A stretch of 54,458 bases of DNA, from NCBI GenBank assembly GCA_964518995.1, contig CAZFJU010000001.1:1-54458 (forward strand), given 5' to 3'. The stretch is from an uncultured Gammaproteobacteria bacterium (GTDB taxonomy: Bacteria; Pseudomonadota; Gammaproteobacteria; Steroidobacterales; Rariloculaceae). Position numbers and translations under genes: made by a program. Positions 53,746 to 54,458 of this stretch are shown here, in pieces (position 1 is the stretch's first letter; each line of letters opens with the position of its first letter). The notes under the pieces are model-generated. The model was not told where the DNA came from. It searched no databases and saw only the letters and a list, made by a program, of their open reading frames with translations.

Positions 53746-54458
53746 ATGACCCAACCTTTTCCGAAATCTCCGACATTCCTGACGATCGACGAGCCGTTCC
53801 GCTTCGAGGGCGAGCTGTTCGATCTGGAGGTCGAAGGCGAAATTCCCGCGGCGCTCGACGGCACGTTCTATCGCGTCGGCCCCGATCAGCAATTTCCGCC
53901 GATGCTCGGCGACGCCAACCCGTTCAACGGCGACGGCATGGTGACGGCGTTCCGGATCAAGAACGGCCACGTCGACATGCAGCACAAGTATGTGCGCACG
54001 CACCGCTTCATGGCCGAGCGCGCGGCGCGGCGCGGCCTGTTTGGCGAATACCGCAATCCGTTTACCGACGACCCGAGCGTGCAGGGCATCGTCCGCACCG
54101 TGTCGAATACCAACGTCGTGCTGCACAACGGCGTGCTGCTCGCGTTCAAAGAGGACGGCCCGCCGTATGCGCTCGACCCGCAGACGCTCGAGACCAAGCA
54201 GCTGTGGGATTGGAACGGGCAGATGACGGCCAAGACCTTTACCGCGCACCCGAAGATCGATCCGGTGACGCAGGAGCTGGTCGGCTATGCCTATGCCGCG
54301 AAAGGCGAGGCGACGCCGGATATCGCGTTCTTCACGTTCGACAAGAACGGCCAGAAAACACGCGAGCTGTGGTTCAAAGGCCCGTATCCCGGCATGATCC
54401 ACGACTGCGGGCTCACCGAGAATTACCTGATCCTCGCGGTGATTCCGCATGTCATGGA
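53746..54458 (+). CDS. Carotenoid oxygenase family dioxygenase (lignostilbene/apocarotenoid cleavage type), N-terminal part; continues past the right edge
   Basis: Absent from the ORF track because there is no stop in the window. My translation from ATG 53746 reads MTQPFPKSPTFLTIDEPFRFEGELFDLEVEGEIPAALDGTFYRVGPDQQF...NPFNGDGMVTAFRIKNGHVDMQHKYVRT...NTNVVLHNGVLLAFKEDGPPYALDP...FTAHPKIDP...MIHDCGLTENY. These are typical RPE65/CCO motifs. Confidence 0.85.
   Translation, partial: MTQPFPKSPTFLTIDEPFRFEGELFDLEVEGEIPAALDGTFYRVGPDQQFPPMLGDANPFNGDGMVTAFRIKNGHVDMQHKYVRTHRFMAERAARRGLFGEYRNPFTDDPSVQGIVRTVSNTNVVLHNGVLLAFKEDGPPYALDPQTLETKQLWDWNGQMTAKTFTAHPKIDPVTQELVGYAYAAKGEATPDIAFFTFDKNGQKTRELWFKGPYPGMIHDCGLTENYLILAVIPHVM

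Noticed and set aside
1-54458. Mobile elements, prophage, CRISPR arrays, rRNA/tRNA genes, classic defence systems
   Set aside because: I recognised no transposase, integrase or recombinase-like ORFs, no long terminal or inverted repeats, no regularly spaced repeat array and no RNA-gene signatures. The gene content looks like core or accessory metabolism rather than an island. This cannot be excluded without composition statistics or searches.

Overview
The window is GC-rich, gene-dense chromosomal DNA from a Proteobacterium, possibly a gammaproteobacterium (low confidence on taxon). About 46 protein-coding genes can be supported. Calls rest on reading the ORF track and the sequence and on recognising conserved motifs from memory; no database search or computation was run. 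I found no rRNA, tRNA, CRISPR array, transposase or integrase.

Gene content from left to right:
- A polyamine cluster on the minus strand: agmatine deiminase, a deoxyhypusine-synthase-like gene, then speA, which runs off the left edge and is absent from the ORF track.
- An exported YqgE/AlgH-like protein.
- A NYN plus OST-HTH predicted RNase.
- An orphan ModA-like binding protein.
- A five-gene, translationally coupled operon (10217 to 5711, minus strand). It encodes a 78-aa hyper-acidic protein, a C39-like cysteine peptidase, a RimK-like ATP-grasp ligase with an RLAN-type N-domain, a GCS2 carboxylate-amine ligase and an N-formylglutamate-amidohydrolase-family hydrolase. A near-consensus sigma70 promoter precedes it.
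- gltA-glgA, a lipoprotein Cu/Zn SOD, and glgP-glgX-glgC-malQ.
- An aromatic meta-cleavage cluster: LigAB-type dioxygenase, HpaE/HpaF/HpaG-like genes, a DapA-like aldolase, an ACMSD-like decarboxylase and an MFS transporter.
- An RND permease with its adaptor.
- An HtrA-like PDZ protein with an apparently degenerate catalytic triad.
- A Tat-exported Mo-hydroxylase (Moco, 2Fe-2S, FAD), followed on the same strand by cytochrome b, an unknown 140-aa protein and cytochrome c'.
- srkA with an esterase.
- Exported proteins of unknown function, a FUSC-family protein, a large TonB-dependent receptor, a secreted VOC protein, a LysR regulator, an OYE reductase and a partial carotenoid oxygenase.

The best candidate for an uncharacterised system is the amidoligase/peptidase operon at 5.7-10.4 kb. 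Its domain set suggests ATP-dependent peptide or amide-bond addition and removal, possibly acting on the co-encoded acidic mini-protein. As far as I know, no product or target has been shown experimentally for this type of cluster. Many long Arg/Ala-rich ORFs in the track are antisense or out-of-frame shadows typical of high-GC DNA and were rejected.
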